Below, in pieces: positions 18,055 through 28,043 of a stretch of 64,000 nucleotides of DNA. A model generated the notes under the pieces. That model saw only the letters and a list, made by a program, of their open reading frames with translations, was not told where the DNA came from and did no database searches. Source of the stretch: Deltaproteobacteria bacterium (GTDB lineage: Bacteria > Myxococcota_A > UBA9160 > SMWR01). Made by a program: the position numbers and the translations under genes. Position 1 is the first letter of the stretch. Every line of letters begins with the position of its first letter. The DNA is taken from contig JAQBGU010000024.1 in the NCBI GenBank assembly GCA_032128375.1, positions 2,263 to 66,262 on the forward strand. The letters are read 5' to 3'.

Positions 18055-20787
18055 CTACAACGTGATCCGAGTTGTTTTGAGTGCGGCTGCGATTTCGTCC
18101 GCCACAGCAGAGTGGCAGGTCAACAAGAATACCTGGCGGCGCGGCGAAATTTCGGCGAGTACGCGATACACGGCCTGCCGCCGCCGGTCGTCCATACGCA
18201 GAAGCGCGTCGTCGAGGACCAACGGAAGCCTCTCGCGGTCCTGGTCGAGGTGATCGAGCAACCCGAGCCGCAGGCACAAGAAGATCTGATCGAGCGTCCC
18301 TTGACTGATGGGTTCTCCGACACTGACCGGTTGATCACGTCCCGCCGGGGTGACCCACAAACGGCCCTGGTCGTCATCCATCAGGTCGATTCGGCAGTAT
18401 CGTCCGTTTGTGATCCGCTCGAGATAGAGGCTGGCGCGTCGCAGCACGTCGGGTTGATGATTTTCGCGAAACTCCCGCTCGGCGTACGCCAGGATGGATT
18501 CGAGCAGCGCCAGCCGATCGCGCTTGCGTTCGAGGCCCGCCAGTTCTGACTCGATCTCTCTTACGCGGTCGGTCGCTCTTGCGAGGCCGCTGCCGACATC
18601 GCTGGCCAACAGCTCGTCGAGCTCACCGAGGCGTCGCTGCTCACGACCGAGCTGGTCTTCGAGCGCGCTGATCTCGTGCTCGCGCGCGGCGACCGCGGCG
18701 GGCAGCCAAGGAGCATCGGCGAGGTTGTCGCCTATCCGAGGGTCGTGTTCGAGCGTTGCGAAGCGAGGTTCCGCTCGAAGCTCCCTTTCTCTGCGCTGCA
18801 AGAACGCTTCTTCGTCGCGGCGCTCGATGACCCGGTCGAACGCCTGATCGAGTTCGATGGGGTCGAGTTGGATCGGATCGACAGGATGGGCCGATGCACC
18901 GCTCGAAAGACCGCTCAGGGTCTGTTCGAGCAGTCGCGTGTGTTCACGCTTGCGCGCGAGCAGCGGTGCATCGCGCTCGCACAGGCGGGACGCTTCGTCG
19001 CGTCGCGCTCGATCTTCGGTAACCCGCGCCTGCTGATCGCGGGCAGCCGCGAGTGTGGCGCGCATTCGCCCCACCAGAAGGTCGCCGCTGCCATCCGCGT
19101 CGAGCCCCAATCGGTCGCACAGTGCTACCCAACTGAGCTCGCGTCGTTCGATCGAGTGCCCGAGTTCGTCGGCCATTCTGTGCGCGTTTCGTGCTTCGCG
19201 AAAATGGCGCACGCTGGTTTCCAGCACTGAGATCAGCCTTCCGAGCGCAGCGGGATTGTCGAGCAGGGGATCCGCAACATCGAGAGCTCGAAGTAGTTCA
19301 GCCAATGCGTCGGGCTTAACCGGTGACTCGCTTCGACGCGACGGCCCCGCGAACAGCGCGGCCACCAGACTCGCAAACAGCAGCAGGGCTCCCGTCGCTG
19401 CCAGTCGGGGGTCGGCGAGCACGACGAGCCAGCCCTTGCTCCCGCCCGCCCCCAAGCCTTCCGCCAAAGCGCGCAACCATTCGCCCGTCGGGCCTTCGAT
19501 ACCGGTCACAAAGCCAAGCGTCGAGAGCCCCACCGCGATGAGTCCCGCGAAGCCAAGCGCGAGCGCCCAGCCGCGCACCCGGCCCGTAATTGCCGCAGTA
19601 ATCGCCGCGTAATGCTCTCGTTGTTCGGACCAACTCGCGACCGACGCGCGCAGCACCGCGATCGGAATGGAGCTGGCGGCTTCGAGGGCGGTCTCGTCTG
19701 CACGCGTCGCTAGGGCACTATCGAGTTCTTCGAGCGCGCGGTGGTGGCCATGCCGAGCCGATTCGAGATGCTCCGCGCGACGCTCGCGATCCGCTTCCCA
19801 GCCGGGTTGTTGTGCGACAAAAAGGTCGATCTCCGGAGCCCGCTCCAACACGGAGGTCTGGGCCGCGTCGAGCTGAAGTGTCGCCTGTTCGAGTCGCGCA
19901 CGCGGGGCGTGCAGCCGCTGTTCGAGTTCGCCGACCTCACTGCGCAGCTGGCTCGGCTTCATCAATGGGAATTCGCCGAGCCGAGCGAAGTCGATCATGG
20001 GTCCCAGTTCGCGCTTGCGTCGCCGGTGCTCGAACAGCTCACCGAGGATCGGGCTCTCGCCGTGCTCGCGGTCGAGGTCTCTCTTGTGTTGCCGCAGCCT
20101 TTCCAGACTGGCCTCACGCTCCTCGCGTTCTGAGCGCGCCTGTCGCAGCTGCCGCTCTGCCTCTGCGGCCCGGCCCGCATCCGCGCGGGCGTCGGCGAGA
20201 TTCTTGCGCAGCTGCTTTGCCAGTGGTTTGCCGCGGTTGTCCGGCCGCCACAGGTCGGTGTGATCGCGACGCAGCTCTGCGCGCACCTCCGTCAGCGGTC
20301 GCAATGGCAAACCGTTCGGTGTCGGTAGCAGCAACTCGTCGATATCGGCACTGACGCTCGGATTCAAGGCGGCGAGCTGCGAGATTTCCAGTGAGTACAG
20401 CGAAGCAAAGACATCTCGCGACAGCCACGTCACCCACGGAACGCAGACATTGCCGCGCCGCGGACCCGCAAACGAGGCGCGGCCGCTAGCGAATCGAGAT
20501 TTTCCGGTCTGCAGCAGCACGCGCTCGACGCTGTGGATTTCGTCCGTGTCGAGACGTAGCTGGGCTTCGAGGTGGAGCTTGCCGACTGCATCGGGGTCCC
20601 ACTGCGCGAGCGGGTGAGCGTCTCGATCTGCCGGCTTGAAGCCGAACAGAATGGTCTCGAGCGCCGCACGAAACGACGACTTGCCGGCCTCGTTAGGTCC
20701 GTAAACCAGCACGATGTCCGAGTCGAGTTCGAACTGCCGGTCGCGAAGCGGCCCGAAACTCGCAGCGTCCAGGCATTCGAACCTCAT
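18055..20787 (-). CDS. YhaN-like SMC/Rad50-type ATPase with internal TM segments
   Basis: Walker A GPNEAGKSS, coiled coils, signature ISQGT, Walker B LVLDD, LTCH. Confidence 0.88.
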   Translation of the reverse strand: MRFECLDAASFGPLRDRQFELDSDIVLVYGPNEAGKSSFRAALETILFGFKPADRDAHPLAQWDPDAVGKLHLEAQLRLDTDEIHSVERVLLQTGKSRFASGRASFAGPRRGNVCVPWVTWLSRDVFASLYSLEISQLAALNPSVSADIDELLLPTPNGLPLRPLTEVRAELRRDHTDLWRPDNRGKPLAKQLRKNLADARADAGRAAEAERQLRQARSEREEREASLERLRQHKRDLDREHGESPILGELFEHRRRKRELGPMIDFARLGEFPLMKPSQLRSEVGELEQRLHAPRARLEQATLQLDAAQTSVLERAPEIDLFVAQQPGWEADRERRAEHLESARHGHHRALEELDSALATRADETALEAASSIPIAVLRASVASWSEQREHYAAITAAITGRVRGWALALGFAGLIAVGLSTLGFVTGIEGPTGEWLRALAEGLGAGGSKGWLVVLADPRLAATGALLLFASLVAALFAGPSRRSESPVKPDALAELLRALDVADPLLDNPAALGRLISVLETSVRHFREARNAHRMADELGHSIERRELSWVALCDRLGLDADGSGDLLVGRMRATLAAARDQQARVTEDRARRDEASRLCERDAPLLARKREHTRLLEQTLSGLSSGASAHPVDPIQLDPIELDQAFDRVIERRDEEAFLQRRERELRAEPRFATLEHDPRIGDNLADAPWLPAAVAAREHEISALEDQLGREQRRLGELDELLASDVGSGLARATDRVREIESELAGLERKRDRLALLESILAYAEREFRENHQPDVLRRASLYLERITNGRYCRIDLMDDDQGRLWVTPAGRDQPVSVGEPISQGTLDQIFLCLRLGLLDHLDQDRERLPLVLDDALLRMDDRRRQAVYRVLAEISPRRQVFLLTCHSAVADEIAAALKTTRITL

Positions 20788-20845
20788 CTGTACACTGGCC
20801 GGTTCGCACTCACGGAGATGCTCCCATGCTTTCTCACGACCTCTC

Positions 20846-22114
20846 TCACAGCGACTCTGTCGATCCCTCAGCGATGCTGCGCTCGATCAATTCTTCCGAG
20901 AGGTCTTCGAGCAGGCCGCGCAGGTAGACATCGCGCCCGTCGGGTTCGGTTGCGGCCGCAAGCTCGTCGGGCGACAGCCGAGCGAGCAGTTTCGGCTCGC
21001 GCGCAGCGCGCTCGATCAGCTCCAATGCACCAGCGAGTACGGTCGGCGCTGACGAGAGCGCTGACCGGTCGATCGGACGGGTCACGCCAGCATCGCGCAG
21101 CTGGACTTCGAGCGCGCCGCTTCTCACAGTGAGCTCGGCCTCGAGGGCCTCGACTTCGTCCGGATTGCGCAGTGTCGCTGCCAAAGGGGTTTCGCCTACG
21201 AGTTCGACCCGAAGCGCGAGCTGGTCCGACTGACCGCCGAGTGCGGCGACCTGGGAGGACACATGATTGACGAGTGCCGCCGCGGAGTGGCTGTCCGGCA
21301 GCTGATCGACGACTAACCGCTCCCAACGGACGGGCGCGAACTGCACGAACTCCGGTTCCGCAGCAATACCCGCTCTGGCTTCGACGACCAGGCCGCCTTT
21401 GGCGCCGGTCTCACTCGGATTTCTGCCCTGGAGGTTGCCCGCGTAGTAGACAGGCAGGTCGGGTACCGCACGCTGACGTTTGTGAATGTGGCCCAGTGCC
21501 CAGTAGCTGTATTCGAGCCGTTCGAAGTCCGCCTGGCCCGAGGGTGCGTAGCGGTCGTGGTTCGAAGCTGTCCTCGCGCTGGAAACATGGCTGTGGAGTA
21601 GTCCGACGACCGGAAGTCCCGCGGCGACACGCGGGAACCCTTCGGCTAGATTGGTCGACTCGGTTGCGGTCGCGTGCCCAGCCCCGACGACGATGCCGAC
21701 CGGCTCTCCGCTGGGGTCGGTAATTCGGACGGCCTCTGCGTGGCGATCGCGAAGGATCCGAACCCGCTCGCGGCGCACTCCATCGCGGTCGATCTCGAGT
21801 CCGAGCCGGCTCGATCGGTGTCGCGGTCCGCCCGGGTCGTGGTTTCCACACACGGCGACAAACCAGACCCCTGCTTCATCGAGCCGGGCGACCTGGCGGT
21901 CGAGCATGAGTTCGGTTCGAATCGATAGCAGTGGATCGTCGTAGAGATCTCCCGCAACCACGACAGCGTGAAGCGCGCCTTCGATCGCGTAATCTACAGC
22001 GGCCTCGAAGGCCTCGAAGGTCGCGCGTCGCAGACGTTCACGTGTGGAAGGCCGACCGCCGAAACTTGTTTCCAAGTGGAGGTCGGCGAGGTGCAGAAAC
22101 CGAAACCCCGTCAT
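20846..22114 (-). CDS. YhaO-like Mre11/SbcD-type metallophosphoesterase
   Basis: ADLHL, AGDLYD, GNHD, YWALGHIH, GNLQGR..SE.G.KG. Confidence 0.92.
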   Translation of the reverse strand: MTGFRFLHLADLHLETSFGGRPSTRERLRRATFEAFEAAVDYAIEGALHAVVVAGDLYDDPLLSIRTELMLDRQVARLDEAGVWFVAVCGNHDPGGPRHRSSRLGLEIDRDGVRRERVRILRDRHAEAVRITDPSGEPVGIVVGAGHATATESTNLAEGFPRVAAGLPVVGLLHSHVSSARTASNHDRYAPSGQADFERLEYSYWALGHIHKRQRAVPDLPVYYAGNLQGRNPSETGAKGGLVVEARAGIAAEPEFVQFAPVRWERLVVDQLPDSHSAAALVNHVSSQVAALGGQSDQLALRVELVGETPLAATLRNPDEVEALEAELTVRSGALEVQLRDAGVTRPIDRSALSSAPTVLAGALELIERAAREPKLLARLSPDELAAATEPDGRDVYLRGLLEDLSEELIERSIAEGSTESL

Positions 22115-22132
22115 CTAGACGGAGATGGTACC

Positions 22133-22444
22133 TCAGGCCGCCTGGTTGGACTTCTTCGAAGGAGTCGACAGCGCCTTTTGGATCTTTCGTTTCAGGCGAA
22201 GTCCGGGAACGGGCAGCTGGTGGTCGTGGCGGGATAACAGGTACCGGTCGAGACCGCCGTTGTGCTGCACCGAGCGCAACGCCCGTGTCGAGATGCGCAT
22301 CGGCACGGAGCGACCCAGCGCATCGCTGTGCAGTGTGACCTTCTGGAGGTTCGGATTGAAACGCCGGTTGGTCCTGTTGTTCGCGTGGGAGACGTTGTGC
22401 CCGAACTGGGGATCCTTGCCGGTGAGCTCACATCTTCTCGCCAT
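22133..22444 (-). CDS. rpmB: 50S ribosomal protein L28
   Basis: [30 protein letters not shown]; GAGGA RBS. Confidence 0.96.
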   Translation of the reverse strand: MARRCELTGKDPQFGHNVSHANNRTNRRFNPNLQKVTLHSDALGRSVPMRISTRALRSVQHNGGLDRYLLSRHDHQLPVPGLRLKRKIQKALSTPSKKSNQAA

Positions 22445-22475
22445 GATTTCCTCGGATGCCGTTACTTCTTGCCCG

Positions 22476-22718
22476 TTACTTCTTGCCATAGCGGCGTCGG
22501 AACCGATCGATCTTTCCGTCGGCATCCACTTCGCGCATCTTGCCTGTCCAAAACGGGTGGCTGTAGGAAGAGATCTCGAGCTTGACGACCGGGATCTCTT
22601 CGCCGTCGACCTTTCGGGTCTCCTTGGAAATCAGCGTCGAACGAGTCACCCACTCGTCTCCAGTGGCGGTATCGACGAACAAGACCTTGTGATAGTCCGG
22701 ATGAGTGTCTGCTTTCAC
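22476..22718 (-). CDS. rpmE2: 50S ribosomal protein L31 type B
   Basis: HPDY.KVLFVD...[13 protein letters not shown]...D..GKIDRF; no Cys. Confidence 0.96.
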   Translation of the reverse strand: MKADTHPDYHKVLFVDTATGDEWVTRSTLISKETRKVDGEEIPVVKLEISSYSHPFWTGKMREVDADGKIDRFRRRYGKK

Positions 22719-22789
22719 GCGATATTCTCTTTTCTGGTGTGTTGGTTTGCCTGTGTATCGGAAGTGCTGAAGCCTGCTACAAGCGGAAA

Positions 22790-23095
22790 TTACCAGCTCG
22801 ACTTGCGAACTCCCGGCAGGTGGCCTTTCAGCGCGAGCTCGCGAAATGCGATCCGCGAAACGCCGAACTTCCGGTAATAGGCTCGAGAGCGACCTGAAAC
22901 TTTGCAGCGGTTATTCAGCCGCGTTGGGCACGAGTTCCGGGGCAGCTTCGCGAACGCTGCTTGGATCTGGGATTTCTCTTCGACCGATACGTTGGCGTCG
23001 TTCAGACGCTTCCTCAATGCGGCCCGCTTCTCAGCGTACTTAGCGATGAGCATCTTGCGCTTCTCGTCGCGCAGAACCTGGGAAAGCTTGGCCAA
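22790..23095 (-). CDS. rpsN: 30S ribosomal protein S14 (long, Zn-independent form, 101 aa)
   Basis: TTG start after AGGAG; LPRNS.PTRL.NRC..SGR.R..YRKFG.SRI..RE....G..PGV.KSSW. Confidence 0.96.
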   Translation of the reverse strand: MAKLSQVLRDEKRKMLIAKYAEKRAALRKRLNDANVSVEEKSQIQAAFAKLPRNSCPTRLNNRCKVSGRSRAYYRKFGVSRIAFRELALKGHLPGVRKSSW

Positions 23096-23251
23096 TTGAG
23101 TCGCTCCTGCCCCAATCGCGGGGACTCGGGAATCTATCGCGGTAACGCAGGGTTGCAAGGCCGCCGGGCGATTTGTTGAGTCACACCCCGCGGGAAACGC
23201 GTGCCAGCATCGGTGGGCCGGTGCGCGTCCAGGTGGGCGATTCAGGTTGTG

Positions 23252-24103
23252 CTACGAGCCGCGCAGAACTCGAATAAGACCCTCTTGCGCGACGCTCGCC
23301 ACGCGCTTGCCATCCTCTTGGTACATAGCGCCGAACACGAGCCCACGCGCAGAGCGCGCGATCGGGCTCTCGCTAGCGTACAAGAGCCAGCTGTCGAAGC
23401 GGACGGGACGGTGGATCCACACCGCATGGTCGAGGCTCGCGGCCATGCGTTTGCCCCACGGCAGTCCGTGGGGGCGTGAGGCCGTCGACAGCAAAGTGCG
23501 GTCACTCGCGTACACGAGCATGGCCGTGTGGATCAGCCGGTCGTCGGGCAGCGTGCCGGCCACGCGGAGCCAATTGCGTTGGCGCGCTTCGCCGGCTTCA
23601 CCGGCTTCCAGTGGGTCGCACAGTCGAACCTCGACCGCGCTGTCGCCCCGCTTGGCGTTGCTGTCTCCTAGCGCCTTGGCGCGCGCCGACTCCCACTCGG
23701 GCAATCCGTCGCTCGGGTCTGGCGCGTCGGGCATCTCGTCCTGATGTGAGATGCCGGATTCGGGCTTCGCGAAGCTGGCAGACAGGTTGAAGATTGCCTC
23801 CCCACGCTGGTGAGCCTTCACGCGTCGCGTCGTGAACGACCGACCATCTCGGATGCGGTCCACCACGAATCGGATCGGAACCCCGTGTCGACCCGGTCGC
23901 AGGAAGTACGCGTGGAGCGAATGCAGCGAGCGGTCGGGGTCGACCGTACGGCCCGCGGCGATCACCGATTGAGCGGCAACCAATCCACCAAACAGTCGCC
24001 CGCTGCCTTCACCCGGGTCGCCGAGGAACAGGTCGCTGTCGAGTGCTTCGATATCGAGGTAACTCAGCAACTTCTCGATTCCGTGCTTGCTCCGATCACT
24101 CAC
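23252..24103 (-). CDS. tesB: Acyl-CoA thioesterase II
   Basis: LFGG..AQS, HSLHAYFLRPG, RDGRSFTTRRV, YASD, SLDHAVW.H, QEG. Confidence 0.92.
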   Translation of the reverse strand: MSDRSKHGIEKLLSYLDIEALDSDLFLGDPGEGSGRLFGGLVAAQSVIAAGRTVDPDRSLHSLHAYFLRPGRHGVPIRFVVDRIRDGRSFTTRRVKAHQRGEAIFNLSASFAKPESGISHQDEMPDAPDPSDGLPEWESARAKALGDSNAKRGDSAVEVRLCDPLEAGEAGEARQRNWLRVAGTLPDDRLIHTAMLVYASDRTLLSTASRPHGLPWGKRMAASLDHAVWIHRPVRFDSWLLYASESPIARSARGLVFGAMYQEDGKRVASVAQEGLIRVLRGS

Positions 24104-24126
24104 CGCGATGCGCCTTCATGATTCAT

Positions 24127-24747
24127 TCAGCTCGGCTGCTTCGAAGAAATGTTCTGCAGAGCGTCGGCCAGGAGTCCCAATCGGTCGTTGCCGAAATACA
24201 TGTCGTCGGTATCGAGAAACATAGTCGGGGAGCCGAATCCGCCTCGCGCGATGAGTTCATCGGTGTTGTCGCGGAGTCGCGCCTTGCAGGCCGGTTCGCG
24301 GATCTTCTCGAGCAGCGCGGCACTTTCGAGCCCGACGCTTTCCGCGATGTTGGCGATCGCAGAATCTTGCGAGATGTCGACGTCATCGCCCCAGTACGCC
24401 TCGAATACAGCCCGCGCATACGGAGCGAGTCGGTCGTGATCCAGCGCAACGAAGGCGCCGCGCATGGCCTTGACGCTGTTGACCGGGAACACCGACGGAA
24501 AAGCGATGCGGATGCCGTAGCTGCGCGCCCAGTCGGCCAGGTCCTTGCCGTAGTAGCGCAGTTTCGCGGGTGTCGGGTTTGCGCGCTGCTCGTAGACGCT
24601 GTCGTTGACCGCGTTGAAAACGCCGCCCACGAGGATCGGGCGCCACTCGAGTTCGGCATTTCCATCGCGGGCCACTTGCTCGATGCGATGAAACGCCAGG
24701 TAGGTCCATGGGCTAGAACAGTCGAAGAAGAACTCGATCTTCGGCAT
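24127..24747 (-). CDS. 2-hydroxychromene-2-carboxylate isomerase / DsbA-family GST-kappa
   Basis: FFFDCSSPWTY, GGFGSPT, FGNDRL. Confidence 0.9.
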   Translation of the reverse strand: MPKIEFFFDCSSPWTYLAFHRIEQVARDGNAELEWRPILVGGVFNAVNDSVYEQRANPTPAKLRYYGKDLADWARSYGIRIAFPSVFPVNSVKAMRGAFVALDHDRLAPYARAVFEAYWGDDVDISQDSAIANIAESVGLESAALLEKIREPACKARLRDNTDELIARGGFGSPTMFLDTDDMYFGNDRLGLLADALQNISSKQPS

Positions 24748-24849
24748 AGGAATTGAGAAGCCTCCTCGAAGATTCAAAGGTGCCGCCACTGTAGCCGGGC
24801 GGCGTCGCGGTCGCTTCGCGCGCGCACGCCGCAGCTTGTTCTGCGCCAC

Positions 24850-26358
24850 GTGTCGCGAATGCGGATGACGGCGTACCTTCACTCAGCGAGATTCACGCCA
24901 GGTTGGAGAACCGATCGATTGGCAACAGTGGGGCTGACGCGGCCGCCGGGAAGAACCCCGCGACGGTTCGTGGCATGGGTCGTCAGCTTCGCCGCTGGGG
25001 CGGCCGCCCTTCTGCCGATTCTGGGCTGCGGCGACTCCCCGGCTGGGCTCCCGAACGTCGTCGTGGTGGTTGTCGACACATTACGCGCGGATGCGCTGGG
25101 GAGCTACGGCGGTCCAGCCGCAACACCAGGCTTCGACCAACTTGCGAACGAAGGGGTCGTGTTCGAACGAGCCGTTGCCGCTGCACCGGAGACGGCCGCG
25201 AGTCACGCGACACTATTCACCGGCTTCGATGTTCAGCACCACAGCGTGGATCGGAACGGGGCGACTCTCGCTCCCCAACTCGACACACTGGCCGAAGCCT
25301 TTCGCCGAGCGGGCTATTCGACCGGCGCGTTCGTTTCGAGTTTCGTGCTCGACCCCCGTTTTGGCTGGGACCAGGGATTCGATCAATACGATGCCACATT
25401 TCCGATCAGCGGTGAAACGGTCCACAACCGCGGCGGGTTCTGGTCCAGGCATGAATTCGAGGGCTTCGACCGCCGCGCGCAGGTCACCAATTCAGTTGCG
25501 ATCCCGTGGCTTCGCAGTGCGCGCGAGCCGTTCTTTCTTTTCGTTCACTACTTTGATCCCCACGCGCCGAATCAGCCTGCGCAGGCGAACATCAAGCGGA
25601 TCCCCCAGGCGTTTGCACAGAGCCGAGCGCAAACCTGGGCGGCGTTCGCACCGGCGAATTCGGGCGTCGATCCGGCCGATCTGTCCCGTTTCATTCGGGC
25701 CTACTACGCTGAGGTGCTCTACACGGACTCCGCTCTGGGGCGGCTCGTGGGCGCGATCGACACCGCCGGGTTTCGGGATCGAACACTCATCGCTGTCACC
25801 GCCGATCACGGGGAGGGCCTCGGTCAGCACGGTCTATTGGATCACGCGGCACACCTGTACGAAGAGCAGATCCGCGTTCCGTGGGTCCTCAGATGGCCCG
25901 GCACACTTGCTGCCGGAATCAGAATCCGAACTGCGGTGGGCTTGGTCGACCTGGCACCGACTCTTGCCGAGCTTGCGGGTGTCCCGTTTCCCGGTGCACA
26001 CGATGGTCGCTCGATCGCCGCAGCCGTGCTCTCGGGCGGCGAGCCCGAGGGAAGACCCTTGCTGTCGAGGCGACGCCACTATCCAAGGCGCTTTCAACAG
26101 CAGCTCGGAACGAAGTTTTCGGTGGCGGTCGATGGTTGGAAGTACATTCGCTCCAGCGACGACCCGGACGAACTCTACGATCTGAACAGCGATCGCGAAG
26201 AGAACCACAACCTGCACGATGCGCGACCCGGAGTGGTCGAAGGGCTCGCCGCGGTACTCGACGAGCATCTCGCCGCGTACCCGCTGGTGAACGCACTGCC
26301 GAAGCTCAGTGAAGAGGAGCAGCAGGCTCTGGAGGCGCTCGGCTACGGGAGCGACTAA
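24850..26358 (+). CDS. Sulfatase-like hydrolase/transferase lipoprotein (Thr-type site); start uncertain
   Basis: PNVV..VDTLRAD, PETAASHATLFTG, HYFDPH, TADHGE, C-terminal LEALGY. Confidence 0.88.
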   Translation: MSRMRMTAYLHSARFTPGWRTDRLATVGLTRPPGRTPRRFVAWVVSFAAGAAALLPILGCGDSPAGLPNVVVVVVDTLRADALGSYGGPAATPGFDQLANEGVVFERAVAAAPETAASHATLFTGFDVQHHSVDRNGATLAPQLDTLAEAFRRAGYSTGAFVSSFVLDPRFGWDQGFDQYDATFPISGETVHNRGGFWSRHEFEGFDRRAQVTNSVAIPWLRSAREPFFLFVHYFDPHAPNQPAQANIKRIPQAFAQSRAQTWAAFAPANSGVDPADLSRFIRAYYAEVLYTDSALGRLVGAIDTAGFRDRTLIAVTADHGEGLGQHGLLDHAAHLYEEQIRVPWVLRWPGTLAAGIRIRTAVGLVDLAPTLAELAGVPFPGAHDGRSIAAAVLSGGEPEGRPLLSRRRHYPRRFQQQLGTKFSVAVDGWKYIRSSDDPDELYDLNSDREENHNLHDARPGVVEGLAAVLDEHLAAYPLVNALPKLSEEEQQALEALGYGSD

Positions 26359-26444
26359 CGGGTGGCGTGTCTGTGTTGGGCTGAAGCAACGCAATCAGAT
26401 GGACGGGTCGTCCCGTCGTGAACAATCCGGGCTAGAATCGGCGT

Positions 26445-27902
26445 GTGTCTTTTTCAGACAAGTCCGCACTAGCGCTCTGTGCATGGATCCTCGCGGGCTG
26501 CTACCCGGCGCTCGAGCGCCCTAACGTCGTGCTGATCGTGATCGACACGCTGCGCGCGGACCGCGTTTCGAGCTATGGCTACGCGAAGCCGACGACGCCT
26601 CGCATCGATGCGTTCGCGGCGCGCGGCGTGCGTTTTGACAACGCGTTTTCGACATCGAGTTGGACGCTACCGGCGCATGCGTCGATGTTTACGGGTTTGT
26701 ACCCGATCGAACACGGAGCGACGCAGGAGAGCACGCAGCTCGACGGTCGGGCGAAGACACTGGCAGAGGCGTTCACCGCCGACGGGTACGCGACGTTAGG
26801 CGTTTCGGGAAATGGTGTCATCAACCGCAACAGCGGACTCACCCGCGGATTTTCCCGCTTCGTGGAGGCGTGGCGCAAACCGGGTGGCAAAGGGCAGCCC
26901 CCGGAACACGGCTGGTTTGTTCCCAAGGACCACCCCAACGTGGTCGCGGTTCGCGATTTCTTGCGCGATCTCGAATCGGACGAGCCGTTCTTCGCGTTCG
27001 TCAACTTCGTCGAGGTGCACGGTCCCTATACCCCTCCCCCAGCGTTTCGCGATCTCTTCTTGTCGCCTGCGAGTCCCAGCGGATTGGTTGAGTCCGCGGC
27101 AACTCGCGGCGCAGTTGGCTACTACCTCGACAAGAAGTCGATTTCCGATGCGGAGTTCCAGGTGCTCAGCGATCTGTACGATGGCGAGGTGGGTTATGTC
27201 GATGCACTGGTTGGCGCTCTGGTCGATGAGATCGAAGCCGCGGGTGTCCTCGATAATTCGTTGGTCGTGATCACGTCGGACCACGGCGAAAACCTGGGTG
27301 GTCACGGACACTTTCGACACGTCTTCAGTCTCTACAACGATACCGTCCGAGTCCCGTTGATCGCGTTGCTACCCGATGGCGCGCGAGCCGGCGAGGTGCG
27401 CCAGCAACCGGTTAGCCTGGTCGACCTGTTCGCGACGTTGCTCGTTGCGGCCGGCATCGATTTGAGCGGCGACCACCAGAGCCGTGACATCTTGGCAAAG
27501 AACCTCGACGCTGGGCCGATCTTCGCGGAGTACTATTTCCCGCTCCAGGCGCTCGGTCTATTCGATCGCGATAACGAGCGTCACCGCGCGGCGCTGATGC
27601 CGTATATGCGGAGGCTGCGATCGGTTCAGGCAGACGGTTGGCGGTTCCTCTGGTCGTCGGACGGCAAGCACGAGCTGTACAACATAGAGCGAGATCCGAC
27701 GGAAAGCGTCAATTTGGCCGGGAACGCCGATGTCGAATCACCTGCGGACCGGCTGAGTACCTCGCTAGATGATTTCGTCGAACGTCGTGGAGGCCAACCG
27801 CCACTACCCAGCGCCGCTCTGTCATCGACCGGCGCGTTTCGCGATCTCGACGCAGAGACTGAGCAGCAGCTCCGAGAGTTGGGATATCTGCCACAGGAGT
27901 AG
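26445..27902 (+). CDS. Sulfatase-like hydrolase/transferase lipoprotein (Thr-type site)
   Basis: LAGC lipobox, IDTLRAD, WTLPAHASMFTG, TSDHGE, C-terminal LRELGY. Confidence 0.9.
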   Translation: MSFSDKSALALCAWILAGCYPALERPNVVLIVIDTLRADRVSSYGYAKPTTPRIDAFAARGVRFDNAFSTSSWTLPAHASMFTGLYPIEHGATQESTQLDGRAKTLAEAFTADGYATLGVSGNGVINRNSGLTRGFSRFVEAWRKPGGKGQPPEHGWFVPKDHPNVVAVRDFLRDLESDEPFFAFVNFVEVHGPYTPPPAFRDLFLSPASPSGLVESAATRGAVGYYLDKKSISDAEFQVLSDLYDGEVGYVDALVGALVDEIEAAGVLDNSLVVITSDHGENLGGHGHFRHVFSLYNDTVRVPLIALLPDGARAGEVRQQPVSLVDLFATLLVAAGIDLSGDHQSRDILAKNLDAGPIFAEYYFPLQALGLFDRDNERHRAALMPYMRRLRSVQADGWRFLWSSDGKHELYNIERDPTESVNLAGNADVESPADRLSTSLDDFVERRGGQPPLPSAALSSTGAFRDLDAETEQQLRELGYLPQE

Positions 27903-28043
27903 CCGGCCGGACGACATGCGGGTAGCGCGTCGTTCAGCCGTCGTGTCGGTGGCGCGCGTTGGCCACGTGTGTCAGGAGTCTGGTCGCACTCCTTGAAACT
28001 GTGCGATTCCGTCGAACCCGGGCAATCTTGTTAGAGTCTGCAA

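Noticed and set aside
23096-23250. Zur box upstream of rpsN
   Set aside because: No convincing AT-rich palindrome is visible.
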